Assembly (NCBI GenBank): GCA_965116925.1
Contig: OZ220744.1
Location: 6,112,001-6,176,000 of the forward strand
Source of the DNA: Candidatus Poribacteria bacterium
GTDB lineage: Bacteria > Poribacteria > WGA-4E > PCPOR2b
Direction: 5' to 3'
DNA length: 64,000 nt
Part shown: piece by piece, positions 52,187 to 62,742 of the stretch
Layout: each line of letters starts with the position of its first letter
Numbering within the stretch: position 1 is the stretch's first letter
The notes under the pieces: model-generated
Told to the model about the DNA's origin: nothing
What the model saw: only the letters and a program-made list of their open reading frames with translations
Databases searched by the model: none
Position numbers and translations under genes: made by a program

Positions 52187-53977
52187 CTAGTGTGTTGTGA
52201 TCCGATGTCCATCACTGGTAACTTCTTCGATAAGCGAATTGTAAACCTCTCGGAGGCTCGGATCACAGATGTCGCAGAGATTACAGCGATAATCGCTATC
52301 GACACTTTCCCCGAAATACTGCCGCACCACCACACCCCGGCAGCTATCCGTCCTCACATAGCGGATCATCTGGTCAAGCTGACGCCGCTTGTTTTGAATA
52401 TACTGCTTCCCACCTATCTTCTCCTCAGAGATGTTATCAAACAGTTTGCTCCCGTGATACAACTCAATCAATACTGTATCCTCTGCACCGGAGTAGCTTA
52501 GATACCCATCGCTTTGCAGGTCGGTCAACTCCTCTATCAATTGGCTGGGATGTAGGTTGTGTTCTTGGCAGAAATCTATGACTCGGATTTTTGGCTGATC
52601 CCGTAGACTGTCCAATACCCTCAACTTGCCGCTTGAATCCTTGATAAGATCTACGGATATACTTGATGGAATGTTATACAGCCTTTGGAGGAAACCAAGT
52701 TTTTCGAGATAACTAATCCCTACCCGAATTTTGCTTTCATCAATCTCATTTACGGATTCCATATCCTGTACTTTGACCACTCGGAACTTGCCGACCGATG
52801 GCGAATCCTCGATCTGTTTTAGCAGCTTTAAGAGGTCTGGCTTACTCGGCGCGCTCTCCTTCATAAAATGCTCGTGCAAACGCCGATCTCCTGAACAGAA
52901 GAACAGGATACACTGTGAATCCTTACCATCCCGTCCCGCGCGTCCCGCTTCCTGATAATAATGTTCAAGCGATCCTGCAATGGTCCAATGAATAACATAC
53001 CGGATGTCAGGCTTATCAATCCCCATCCCGAACGCGTTGGTCGCAACGACGATTTCAATCCCCGCCACTGTATCGTCAAAAAACGCATCTTGCACCCGCG
53101 TCCGTTCCGACTCCTCCCTAGCACCGTGATAGAAATCAACACGGTAACCCTCGCCCTTGAGATATTCCGCGATTTCTTCAGTCTGTCGCCGAGTACCAGC
53201 ATACACAATCCCCTTCCCGGTGAGCTGTTCCAACTGCTTTGCAAGTAACTGATACTTCTCCGGTTCACCCGGCACCTCGCAGACACTGAACTTTAGATTG
53301 GGACGCTCCACACTCTGGATTAAGGTTTCGCACTTTTCAACTCGGAGTTGTTTTACGATATCCTCCCGCACCTCCGGCGTCGCCGTCGCTGTGAATAGCG
53401 CGACTGAATATGGCTTCACCGCTTGGATAGCGATCCGAAGCGCGAGATAGTCCGGTCGGAAATCATGCCCCCACTGGGAGATGCAGTGTGCCTCATCGAC
53501 CACGAACAGCGAAATCTTATGCGATCTTAAGGTATTCAGAAATCGACGGCTCCGAAACCGTTCGGGCGACACATACAGCAGCTTGATCTCACCGTTTTCT
53601 AATCGCTTCAGTTCCTGTTGATACTCCACAGTGGTCAAGCTGCTATTCAGTAAGCCTGACGAATCAATCCCCCTTCCTCGCAAGGCATCTACCTGATCTT
53701 TCATCAGCGAGATTAACGGCGAAATAATCACCGTAAGCCCCGGTAACATCAAGCCGGGCAGCTGGTAACAGATAGATTTGCCAAACGCAGTTGGAAAAGC
53801 TCCGAGCAGATTTTTGCCCAATAGAAGTTTCTCAATCACCTCACGCTGGCCTGTCCGAAAGTCGTCATACCCGAAATGCTCCTTCAACGCTGCCCGTGGG
53901 TCTGGAAGACTATCTAGGGCTTTGTTTCCTTGATTAAGTAAGTTTTCAATTATTCTACGGAGGGCTTCGATAATCAA
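52187..53977 (-). CDS. RecQ-family ATP-dependent DNA helicase
   Basis: GKSICYQLP, YVSPER, DEAHCISQWGHDFRP, AFGMGIDK, QEAGRAGRDG, C-terminal Zn cysteines. Confidence 0.93.
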   Translation of the reverse strand: MIIEALRRIIENLLNQGNKALDSLPDPRAALKEHFGYDDFRTGQREVIEKLLLGKNLLGAFPTAFGKSICYQLPGLMLPGLTVIISPLISLMKDQVDALRGRGIDSSGLLNSSLTTVEYQQELKRLENGEIKLLYVSPERFRSRRFLNTLRSHKISLFVVDEAHCISQWGHDFRPDYLALRIAIQAVKPYSVALFTATATPEVREDIVKQLRVEKCETLIQSVERPNLKFSVCEVPGEPEKYQLLAKQLEQLTGKGIVYAGTRRQTEEIAEYLKGEGYRVDFYHGAREESERTRVQDAFFDDTVAGIEIVVATNAFGMGIDKPDIRYVIHWTIAGSLEHYYQEAGRAGRDGKDSQCILFFCSGDRRLHEHFMKESAPSKPDLLKLLKQIEDSPSVGKFRVVKVQDMESVNEIDESKIRVGISYLEKLGFLQRLYNIPSSISVDLIKDSSGKLRVLDSLRDQPKIRVIDFCQEHNLHPSQLIEELTDLQSDGYLSYSGAEDTVLIELYHGSKLFDNISEEKIGGKQYIQNKRRQLDQMIRYVRTDSCRGVVVRQYFGESVDSDYRCNLCDICDPSLREVYNSLIEEVTSDGHRITTH

Positions 53978-54067
53978 TCAGAAGTTCCTTCCTTTGGATA
54001 AACGAGCGATGAATCGCCCAATTATGAATAGCTACCAACCCACTGATACGAAAAATTAATCCGTCTC

Positions 54068-57000
54068 CTACTTCAAAATCAGCATCTTTCGCGTGGCGGA
54101 ATAATCGCCTGCTGTCAGAGTGTAAAAATAAATTCCACTCGCCACCGATTCACCCAATTCATTTTTTCCATCCCAGTGGACTGCCTTTGATCGACTCTCG
54201 TAGGCAGATGCAATCCGATACCCAACGTCAAGCGTGCAGACGACCTGACCGCTTCCGTCATATATGATCAATGTGACAGAAGCATCCTCCGCCAACCGAT
54301 ACGGTATCCATGTCTCTGGGTTGAATGGGTTCGGGTAGTTTGCTAACAGTTCTGTCTCTATTGGCGTTAGGAATACCAAGAGTTGTTCAAGCACCATAAT
54401 CCCTCGTTTCATGATGGGATCTCTAACCTCAAGCGACCTCGCATAGGTCAGCCAACCCTGGACTTCTACCGCTGTGAATGTTTCGGGTGCTTGTGGCTGC
54501 ATTGAAGGCGCGGCTGCCGTATCTTCAAACGTACCCGCAACCAATATCAGATCCAGAATATCGACAACTCCATCTCGGTTCACATCCGCCACCTGATTGG
54601 TCCCTGTATGCCCCAATGCAGACGTAACCACAATCAAATCCAAGACATTTATACTTCCGTCGCTGTTGACATCCGCTATAATTGGCGGCGCGTCAGCGTC
54701 AGAGATTGCGTAAAAAGTGGCAGTACTATCAATCCCAGCAGCAAATACCTCGACAGTATTTGTTCCCAGATTCGGTCCCAGTGTAAGCGTGCTCTCTGCT
54801 CTACCATTTTCATCCGTCGTTGTGAGTGTGGTGTTGAGCCTGCCACCTCCTGCGGTAACGACAAACGTGACCGAAATCCCTTTAACCACTGAGCCTTTCT
54901 CATCCTGCACTTCTACGACAAATGGCTGAGACAGCGACACGAGGGATGCTCCTGTCTGGTTATCGCCCGATATTTTCAGAACGGCAGGATGCGCTCGGTT
55001 GTCAAACTCAATTGCAACTCCTCCATTCTGGAGGACCGGCATGTGCGTCTGAATGGAGAGATAGCTCAAGGGGTTGCGCCGCACATCAACTTCGTCTCCC
55101 GCTCCCAGCCCTGTGTTGGCTACCAAAGGTGAAATGTCTGTGATGTTATTACCAGCAATCTGCAGCTGTGTCAGGTTAGTTAATCCAGCGAGCGGCGAGA
55201 TGTCCGTGACATTGTTATACCAAAACACCAATTTTGTCAGATTCACCAAACCCGCGACCGGTGAGATGTCCGTGATGGTGTTGATGCCAAGATGCAGCAC
55301 TACAAGGTTGACCAAACCCGCGACCGGTGAGATGTCTGTGATGACGTTGCCCTCAAGCCATAGGTGTGTCAAGCTGGTTAAGTCCGAAAGCGGCGAGAGA
55401 TCCGATACCGAGTTGCTGTTAATCCAGTTTCCATCCACCAATCTACGGCTCAGGTTCAGATTCCTCAAATTGATTGCGTGTTCCAGTCCGGTCAAGTCAC
55501 TGATGTTGGCATTGGGGGCTTGAAGTTCGGTCAACCTCGCCATCTCCGCCGGGGCAATCGGTTGACCGTGAGCCTTACTGAGCGTGTTTTCAACAACAGC
55601 GCGGAGGTTCGGATCAGGGATCTCTACCGCAGACACCGCCTCGGCGGTAAATGTCACTGTCATCCCCGCAGCAGACACCTCAACCGTATTTACACCCAGA
55701 TGAACGCCCAACGTGAGTAGGCTTTCTGCCACCCCACCGCCATCGGTCTCGGTTCGCTCTTTATTCAGCGTGCCTCCACCGGCAGTAACAGTAAACGTGA
55801 CCGGAACCCCATTACGGACAGAACCGTCATTCAAATCCCGCACCTCAACGACAAGGGGAACAGGTAAGGGGGTGTTGGGTAAGCCGTGCTGGTTATCCCC
55901 TGAGATTTTCAACAGCGGCTGAAGTGCTTCAGACAACAACACGAAATTGATACTATCCACATTCCCATTCACATCAATGGCCTCAATACGGATCGGATGC
56001 ACAGGAAAGCTCAAAAAACTCCTTTTTATGGTCTTAGATGGTTGACGGACTAGCGGAATAATACCATCATAATCAAAATCCACGATTCTCTCATTTTTGC
56101 CCCTCAACCCACGACATGCCTTCACTGTAGCTCTGTTGTTAGGTTGTTCAGCATGTAAAAATACTTGGTGTAACTCATCTGAATCGCTAATTCTCAATCG
56201 CACAGGAACACTCTTTGACTCTGCTGGGTAGATATGCGCTGAGATGAGTTCAATGCTAGGCGGCGGTCCTGTCTCAATTGGGGTATTGACACTGAAGTAG
56301 GGATGCACCGACAAATACTCGGCATGGCATGCCGATAACTGATTCATGCCCGGACCATACGACATGATATACGCACCATCTCTGAAATCGTGCCACAATC
56401 CGAAGGCGTGTCCTAGTTCATGTCCCGCTACGCCCCAACCAAATTTCGGTGCCTTCAACGCATATCCACCATTTTTCCCCAACCTGCTTCCGACACCGCC
56501 TCGAATCTGACCATCAAACCAACCAAGCCCATTTATACTATTATCAATGACGATGAAGTAGATGTTTGCATAAATATCAAACTTCTTTTCAATCTCGGCG
56601 CGAACGCTATCGGTCGTATTTTCAAGGTAGTAGCTATCGGGATGTACTCCGTCCACACGATGCACCATTGGCTCGCCTTGGAGGTCAGTTTCGATGCGGA
56701 ACGAGACCTCCCCGTACCCATGCGTCCCCATCTGCTCTGCGTAGAAGGTCTGAATGTCGAGAATATCAGCCTTCATTTTCTGAACCACGTCGGCGTCATA
56801 CGGACGGTCGTTGGGTAAGAAGTAAATCAACCGCACCGTGCGCGGTTCACCGACATTCAAATTCGCTAGAGCACTGTGGACATAGCGACGGTCGGGGTAT
56901 TGGTCCGAATACCGTTTGTTCGATGGATTATCAGGAACACCGCAGAAATGTGTCCCATTTCCCCTAGATGGCTGAGAAGCAGCAATGATTGGATTGAGTG

Positions 57001-57106
57001 TGCCGCCGGTGAGATAGATTATTATCGTATACAGGATAAAACGAGAAAGTTGCATTTTCATCGGCTTGTTTACTTCCCTTAGTGGTTGAAAATGTATGAG
57101 AGGCAT
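54068..57106 (-). CDS. Secreted zinc metalloprotease with Ig-like repeats, LRRs, dockerin and FlgD/T9SS-A-like tail
   Basis: HELGHAFGLWH, IMSY Met-turn, two KISGDNQ Ig modules, ITDISPVAGL LRRs, DVN.DG dockerin, NYPNPFNPETWIPY. Confidence 0.88.
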   Translation of the reverse strand: MPLIHFQPLREVNKPMKMQLSRFILYTIIIYLTGGTLNPIIAASQPSRGNGTHFCGVPDNPSNKRYSDQYPDRRYVHSALANLNVGEPRTVRLIYFLPNDRPYDADVVQKMKADILDIQTFYAEQMGTHGYGEVSFRIETDLQGEPMVHRVDGVHPDSYYLENTTDSVRAEIEKKFDIYANIYFIVIDNSINGLGWFDGQIRGGVGSRLGKNGGYALKAPKFGWGVAGHELGHAFGLWHDFRDGAYIMSYGPGMNQLSACHAEYLSVHPYFSVNTPIETGPPPSIELISAHIYPAESKSVPVRLRISDSDELHQVFLHAEQPNNRATVKACRGLRGKNERIVDFDYDGIIPLVRQPSKTIKRSFLSFPVHPIRIEAIDVNGNVDSINFVLLSEALQPLLKISGDNQHGLPNTPLPVPLVVEVRDLNDGSVRNGVPVTFTVTAGGGTLNKERTETDGGGVAESLLTLGVHLGVNTVEVSAAGMTVTFTAEAVSAVEIPDPNLRAVVENTLSKAHGQPIAPAEMARLTELQAPNANISDLTGLEHAINLRNLNLSRRLVDGNWINSNSVSDLSPLSDLTSLTHLWLEGNVITDISPVAGLVNLVVLHLGINTITDISPVAGLVNLTKLVFWYNNVTDISPLAGLTNLTQLQIAGNNITDISPLVANTGLGAGDEVDVRRNPLSYLSIQTHMPVLQNGGVAIEFDNRAHPAVLKISGDNQTGASLVSLSQPFVVEVQDEKGSVVKGISVTFVVTAGGGRLNTTLTTTDENGRAESTLTLGPNLGTNTVEVFAAGIDSTATFYAISDADAPPIIADVNSDGSINVLDLIVVTSALGHTGTNQVADVNRDGVVDILDLILVAGTFEDTAAAPSMQPQAPETFTAVEVQGWLTYARSLEVRDPIMKRGIMVLEQLLVFLTPIETELLANYPNPFNPETWIPYRLAEDASVTLIIYDGSGQVVCTLDVGYRIASAYESRSKAVHWDGKNELGESVASGIYFYTLTAGDYSATRKMLILK

Positions 57107-57432
57107 ATATGTCTTGATTTTTAGACTACCTCTTTATCGGCGGGCACCCACAAGGGATGCCTCTACAGTAGAATGTACTGCCCCGTATCAGAAGGGAGAG
57201 GTAGAGATGCTTCGCAACAAAACCCCGCACCGATTAAAATGCCACAAAATCGGTTAAAAATCAACGCTTTTTATTTTTAACACATCTCAATAAGGAATTG
57301 GTATAATATCGGTAAGATCTAACGAGCGTTAGACCTTACTTAAAAAGAGATCGGAATTTTGACAAATTGAAATGGGTGTGCTATGCTCTTGACCTAATAA
57401 TAGCACCCCTATTCCAGCATGGAGATTCATCT

Positions 57433-58323
57433 ATGACAACAGATTCGGCTGTAACAGTTGAAGATATCGAAGTATTTGCGGACGACTTAAACCCCCAGGC
57501 GGCTGCAGAAATATTTAAGAAACATGGTGCACTTGTCGTCCGTGGGCTGATGAAACCGTACATCGATGAGATCTACCGAGACATTGAGGCGGCTGCCGCT
57601 GAGTCGATCGCAGCACTTGATTCAGCAGAAAAAATTGTGGAGGGTTGGCGAACGCCAAACGGGACCCTGTTTCTGCCCGCACCACCCGGCTACTCTCGTG
57701 ATCAACAGATTATGGTCTTGGCAATCAACTATCATACCAGTGCTGCGTTTTTCCACTCCGCACTCGATGAACGGGCGTTGGACATTGTTGAGGCGATTCT
57801 AGGACAGGCTTTCGAGGTTTACGGCAACGGGCAGTGCCTTTATAAAGAGCCGGTCGGCGGGCATCCGAAACATCTACATCAGGATTCCGCCTACTTTGAA
57901 CACCGCTACGAAGGTCCCGTGGGAATTCTGAACTATGTGGTGGATACAGATCTGGTAAATGGGGCGCTGCACGTTGTCCCCGGCTCGCACCGACTCGGTC
58001 AACTCAAGCATATTGATACCTTTTCGCACCTCGGTTTAGATGATGGTGAATGGCCCTGGGAACGAGCACTGCCGATCATCGGTGAAGCGGGAGACTCCAT
58101 CTTTTTCCACGTCAAGATGATTCACGGCTCCAAGCAGAACCACTCAAACAAGCCGCGTCCGGTGTTCATTAACCGTTACCGGCGGGTAGACGATTACGTT
58201 GTTATTGGTGGGACCACCACTACAAACCGTGCAGAATCAGAGAAACGCGCTGCCGAAGCGAAAAGAACGAATGAAGACCGTGGGCTGATGGTTCGCGGCT
58301 TCCGTCCCTACACCGAAGGGTAA
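57433..58323 (+). CDS. PhyH-family Fe(II)/2OG dioxygenase
   Basis: LYKEP, LHQDSAYF, NGAL.VVPGSH, IHGS..N.S..PR. Confidence 0.9.
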   Translation: MTTDSAVTVEDIEVFADDLNPQAAAEIFKKHGALVVRGLMKPYIDEIYRDIEAAAAESIAALDSAEKIVEGWRTPNGTLFLPAPPGYSRDQQIMVLAINYHTSAAFFHSALDERALDIVEAILGQAFEVYGNGQCLYKEPVGGHPKHLHQDSAYFEHRYEGPVGILNYVVDTDLVNGALHVVPGSHRLGQLKHIDTFSHLGLDDGEWPWERALPIIGEAGDSIFFHVKMIHGSKQNHSNKPRPVFINRYRRVDDYVVIGGTTTTNRAESEKRAAEAKRTNEDRGLMVRGFRPYTEG

Positions 58324-58345
58324 AAAGGGGCTCCATCAGTGGAAA

Positions 58346-59194
58346 ATGAATCCAATCGATTTCGTACACAACAAAACCGCCCCTATCGTCGAGAGTCTTG
58401 CGAGACTGGAAGGCGTGCAGGCAATTTTGTGCTTCGGTTCGTATGCGATGGGCACATTCGATGAATACTCAGATCTGGATCTTTTCGTATTCTGCAAGTC
58501 TGATATTGTTTCAGCGTCGAAGAGGCGACGAGTCTTGGAAAGCGTCCAAGGTGTAACCCACTTTGAGGAGAGCGGCACCGCCGCGGGGTGGGACTCCCAG
58601 TGGTCTCCCCAAGTCGATCATTTCCGTGTGAACGAGGATCGGTTTGAGATTTCGTACAACACGATGGACTGGATTAGCACCGTTGTCAGGCTGGTCACAC
58701 AGGAGGGTGCGACCTCTATTCCTGAACAAAAATTTCGTCCTTATACAATGCTTGGGCTTTTGGAGAACGGAATCATTCTACACGATCCCTGTTCACTCTT
58801 GAGGCATCTGATTGATTGCCTCTATCCTTATCCGGCTCAACTCAAGAGGAGATTGATTTCAGATAGTCTACACGCGCTGAAAGATTGCCTCGCGGAACTT
58901 AAAGACGGAGTCAACAGAGGATTTGGTCTCACATTTTTCCATTTCTTTTTTTATAGAATGTGTGATGCACTTTACACCCTGCTGTTTGCCCTTAATGAAA
59001 AATATGATCCAGCGGTCAAACGACCAGAAATTGAATATGAAAAGTTAAATATATTGCCTCCCAATTTTCTTAAGAGATACACTAGACTTCTTGAGGGTCC
59101 CTACGATACGGATGGGAGACGACAGATAGTGCAGGAATTGGAAACCCTCGTCGCCGAGATTGAGATGCTGATTACCAAATCAACTGATTTATAG
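58346..59194 (+). CDS. Pol-beta-like nucleotidyltransferase with DUF4037-like domain
   Basis: FGSYAMG..DEYSDLDL; LHDP, YP..L, LFALNE.Y. Confidence 0.8.
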   Translation: MNPIDFVHNKTAPIVESLARLEGVQAILCFGSYAMGTFDEYSDLDLFVFCKSDIVSASKRRRVLESVQGVTHFEESGTAAGWDSQWSPQVDHFRVNEDRFEISYNTMDWISTVVRLVTQEGATSIPEQKFRPYTMLGLLENGIILHDPCSLLRHLIDCLYPYPAQLKRRLISDSLHALKDCLAELKDGVNRGFGLTFFHFFFYRMCDALYTLLFALNEKYDPAVKRPEIEYEKLNILPPNFLKRYTRLLEGPYDTDGRRQIVQELETLVAEIEMLITKSTDL

Positions 59195-59295
59195 TGAATT
59201 TAAAAAATAAACAGACACTTTCGCTCCTCATCTGGTAGGCGCTGTTTCCAACTGCGCCGATTTGCAGTGTCTCATTAATTCTAAAATCTACTATA
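59190..59295 (+). mobile_element. MITE family A
   Basis: Family A ends and GTAGGCGCTGTTTCCAACTGCGCC core; supplies the stop codon of the upstream gene. Confidence 0.85.
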
Positions 59296-59311
59296 GATGG
59301 AGGAAAGAACT

Positions 59312-60118
59312 ATGGGGTTGACTGAAGAGGAACGTTTCCGCTTCGATTTAACCGGTTTTCTAATACGCCCGGCTATTCTTACGCCGGAAGAGATTGCTGG
59401 GATTAGGGATCAGATATACCATATCCACCACGATCCAGAATCGTTATCTCCAGAACATCGCGCTGTGCCCAGCGGTCCGTCGGAGATACTGATTGATCAC
59501 CCGAAGGTCATTGACGTACTACACGAAATTATCGGTCCCGATATTCGGCTTGAGAATAGCTACTGTGTCTGGCGTCGGAAGGGGCAGGCACACGGAGACC
59601 TTCACGGTGGTGGCCCCCAACAGGCAGACCCTATCTTCGGCTACCGGGTCCGGAATGGACGGATTCATGCAGGGATGGTGCGCGTTGTTTTTGAACTGAC
59701 CGATATCGGTAAGGAGGATGGCGGGACACATTTCATTGTCGGCAGCCACAAGGCGAATTTTCCGATGCACCCGGATCACCTGTCGTTGGAGCCGGGCAAG
59801 CGAAGCCCGTTCTTGATGAGTTACGACTGCCCCGCCGGTAGTGCGGTCTTTTTCACAGAAAACCTCTGTCATGCTGGACCTATATGGCAGCGGGAAGAGC
59901 CGCGCGTAACGGTGCTCAATGCCTATGCCCATCTTGCCACCCATTGGCATCGACTTACAATTCCACCTGAAGTCATAGCCGGCCTATCACGAGAAAAGCA
60001 GGCATATTTCCGTGAGCCGTGGGTTGCTGATTTTCGTACCCGTCCCGCGACCCACAACACAATGGAACGTTTTATCGGCAATGATGAACCGTCGGTGAAT
60101 ACAGATCACCGGCCCTGA
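59312..60118 (+). CDS. PhyH-family Fe/2OG enzyme with HxG motif (putative halogenase), copy 1
   Basis: LHGG, ELTD..DGG..GSHK, ENLCHAG, PR. Confidence 0.88.
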   Translation: MGLTEEERFRFDLTGFLIRPAILTPEEIAGIRDQIYHIHHDPESLSPEHRAVPSGPSEILIDHPKVIDVLHEIIGPDIRLENSYCVWRRKGQAHGDLHGGGPQQADPIFGYRVRNGRIHAGMVRVVFELTDIGKEDGGTHFIVGSHKANFPMHPDHLSLEPGKRSPFLMSYDCPAGSAVFFTENLCHAGPIWQREEPRVTVLNAYAHLATHWHRLTIPPEVIAGLSREKQAYFREPWVADFRTRPATHNTMERFIGNDEPSVNTDHRP

Positions 60119-60140
60119 ATCCCAGACGGAGGATAGCGTT

Positions 60141-60947
60141 ATGGCAATGACCGAAGAGGAACGTTTCCGGTTTGACTTAGCCGGTTTTCTGGTCCGTCCG
60201 GCGATTTTGACGCCTGATGAAGTTGCTGCAATCGTTGACCAAGCCGACCGGATTCGACACAACCCTGAGTCCCTGCCGCCGGAGCATCGGAGAGTTCCGG
60301 GAGGTGCCGCAAGTGTGCTGATTGATCACCCGAAAGTTATCGAAGTGTTGCACGAGATCATCGGTCCCGATGTCAGACTTGAGGCTTGTGGATTGACTTG
60401 GCGATTGAAGGGGGAGTCGCACGGCGAACTGCACGGCGGTGCACGGGGACAGGCGGATCCCATCTTCGGCTACCGCGTTCAGAATGATCGTATTCATGCA
60501 GGGATGGTACGAGTTGTTTTTGAACTGACTGATGTGAAAAAGGAGGACGGTGCGACCTGTTTCATCGTTGGCAGTCATAAGCGAAACTTCCCGATGCACC
60601 CAGATCATATGTCGTGGGAGGATGGGAAAGAGAGCGAGTTTTTAATGCGTTATGAATGTCCGGCTGGCAGTGCCATCTTTTTTACGGAAAATCTCTGTCA
60701 TGCGGGACCCGTCTGGAAGCGAGATACACCGCGTATTGCGATTCTTCACGCTTACTCGCATCTTGCCACCCATTGGCATCGGTTGACGATTCCACCGGAG
60801 GTCATGGCAGGCTTGCCGCGTGAAAAGCAAGCCTATTTCCGTGAGCCGTGGATTGCCGATTTCCGAACGTCTCCCGCAACTATTAATACAATGGAACGCT
60901 TTATAAACAACGATGAGCCATCGGTGAATACCGATCGCCGTCCCTGA
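60141..60947 (+). CDS. PhyH-family Fe/2OG enzyme with HxG motif, copy 2
   Basis: Same motifs; tandem paralogue. Confidence 0.88.
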   Translation: MAMTEEERFRFDLAGFLVRPAILTPDEVAAIVDQADRIRHNPESLPPEHRRVPGGAASVLIDHPKVIEVLHEIIGPDVRLEACGLTWRLKGESHGELHGGARGQADPIFGYRVQNDRIHAGMVRVVFELTDVKKEDGATCFIVGSHKRNFPMHPDHMSWEDGKESEFLMRYECPAGSAIFFTENLCHAGPVWKRDTPRIAILHAYSHLATHWHRLTIPPEVMAGLPREKQAYFREPWIADFRTSPATINTMERFINNDEPSVNTDRRP

Positions 60948-60977
60948 ACCTGAAAACACGGATATGGAGGAAGCGAT

Positions 60978-61784
60978 ATGGCGATGACCGAAGAGGAACG
61001 TTTCCGGTTTGATTTAACCGGTTTTTTAGTCCGTCCCGCAATTTTGACGCCCGATGAAGTCGCTGCAATCGTTGACCAAGCCGATCGGATTCGGCACAAT
61101 CCTGAGTCCCTGCCGCCGGAGCATCGAGCCATTCCGGGCGGTGCTGCGAGTCTGCTGATTGATCACCCAAAGGTTATTGAGGTGTTGCACGAGATTATAG
61201 GTCCCGATGTCCGGCTGGAGGCTTGTGGATTGACTTGGCGGTTGAAGGGGGAGTCGCACGGCGAACTGCACGGCGGTGGACCGGGACAGGCTGACCCGAT
61301 CTTCGGCTATCGTGTCCAGAACGGTCGAATTCACGCGGGGATGGTACGGGTTGTTTTTGAACTGACCGATGTGAAGAAGGAGAACGGTGCGACCTGTTTC
61401 ATCGTCGGCAGCCACAAGGCAAACTTCCCAATGCATCCAGATCATATGTCGTGGGAGGACGGGAAAGAGAGCGAGTTTTTGGTGCGCTACGAATGTCCGG
61501 CTGGCAGTGCTATCTTTTTCACAGAAAACCTCTGTCATGCAGGACCGGTCTGGAAACGGGATACGCCACGTATTGCGATTCTCCACGCGTACGCACATCT
61601 TGCAACCCATTGGCATCGGCTGAAGATTCCTCCTGAAGTGATGGCAGGCTTGCCGCGCGAAAAGCAAGTATATTTCCGTGAGCCATGGGTTGCTGATTTC
61701 CGAACTTCTCCCGCAACTATCAACACAATTGAACGTTTTATGGATAACGATGAACCGCCGGTAAATACAGATCATCAACCCTGA
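60978..61784 (+). CDS. PhyH-family Fe/2OG enzyme with HxG motif, copy 3
   Basis: Same motifs; nearly identical to copy 2. Confidence 0.88.
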   Translation: MAMTEEERFRFDLTGFLVRPAILTPDEVAAIVDQADRIRHNPESLPPEHRAIPGGAASLLIDHPKVIEVLHEIIGPDVRLEACGLTWRLKGESHGELHGGGPGQADPIFGYRVQNGRIHAGMVRVVFELTDVKKENGATCFIVGSHKANFPMHPDHMSWEDGKESEFLVRYECPAGSAIFFTENLCHAGPVWKRDTPRIAILHAYAHLATHWHRLKIPPEVMAGLPREKQVYFREPWVADFRTSPATINTIERFMDNDEPPVNTDHQP

Positions 61785-61796
61785 AGCAAAAGGACA

Positions 61797-61902
61797 TTAG
61801 TGAATTCAAAAAATAAATACACACTTTCGTTCCCCATGTTTGGTAGGCGCTGTTTCCAACTGCGCCGATTTGGAGCGTCTCATTAATTCTAAAATCTACT
61901 AA
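61797..61902 (+). mobile_element. MITE family A
   Basis: Near-identical to the 39568 and 59190 copies. Confidence 0.85.
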
Positions 61903-61929
61903 TGATGCGTGAAACGTGACAAAGGAGAG

Positions 61930-62670
61930 ATGATGCTTACAGATGCAGAAAAAGCCCACCTCGATGAACACGGCTTTGTACTTCTGGAAAACGCTATTAC
62001 CACCGATCACGCGGACGCGCTACGCGAGCGATCGATAGCTCTTGCTGAGCAGGAGCGAGAGGTATTAAAAGAGCATGTGTATCTGGATGACAAGGGACAA
62101 CGGGTATGGAATCTAGTGGACAAAGACGAGTTGTTTGAAAACGCAATTCAGTATCCTCCCGTACTCAGCGCGATAGAGTATCTACTCGGTGAGGATTGTA
62201 CGCTCAGCTCATTCACTGTGAATATTATCGGACCCGGTGCGCCGGAGGGCGGGCTTCATATTGATCACCCTTTAAGTGCGATGCCAACGCCCCGTCCAAG
62301 TTTTGCCCTTTCTGCCAATAGTGTCTGGTTTCTCGATGATTTTACGCTTGAGAACGGCGCGACCCGTTGTGTCCCCGGCAGTCACCGCCGACTGGAATCG
62401 CGTCCCGAACCGGGCGTTATTTATGACGACGAACTACAGATTACCGGCCCGAAAGGTTCTGTGATGATTATCAACGGATCCCTATGGCACGCCTCATCCG
62501 CGAACCACACCGATCGCGCTCGCGTCTGCTTGCTCGGTTTCTTCTGTCGTGCTTTTATGAAGCCGCAACAGGATCAGCAGAAAATTGTTTCCGAGGAGGT
62601 GGTCGCCCGTGCGACACCGACGCTGAAGCGACTGCTCGGCTATGATTCCCTGCCGAATACCAATGCGTAA
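61930..62670 (+). CDS. PhyH-family Fe(II)/2OG dioxygenase (canonical HxD)
   Basis: LHID, FLDDFTLENGAT..VPGSH, LWH...N.T..R. Confidence 0.9.
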   Translation: MMLTDAEKAHLDEHGFVLLENAITTDHADALRERSIALAEQEREVLKEHVYLDDKGQRVWNLVDKDELFENAIQYPPVLSAIEYLLGEDCTLSSFTVNIIGPGAPEGGLHIDHPLSAMPTPRPSFALSANSVWFLDDFTLENGATRCVPGSHRRLESRPEPGVIYDDELQITGPKGSVMIINGSLWHASSANHTDRARVCLLGFFCRAFMKPQQDQQKIVSEEVVARATPTLKRLLGYDSLPNTNA

Positions 62671-62742
62671 ACCCAATGGAATAGATTTTGATATGAATAT
62701 CAAAAATGGAGACATCATAAAATCCAAAAATACAATTCCACT

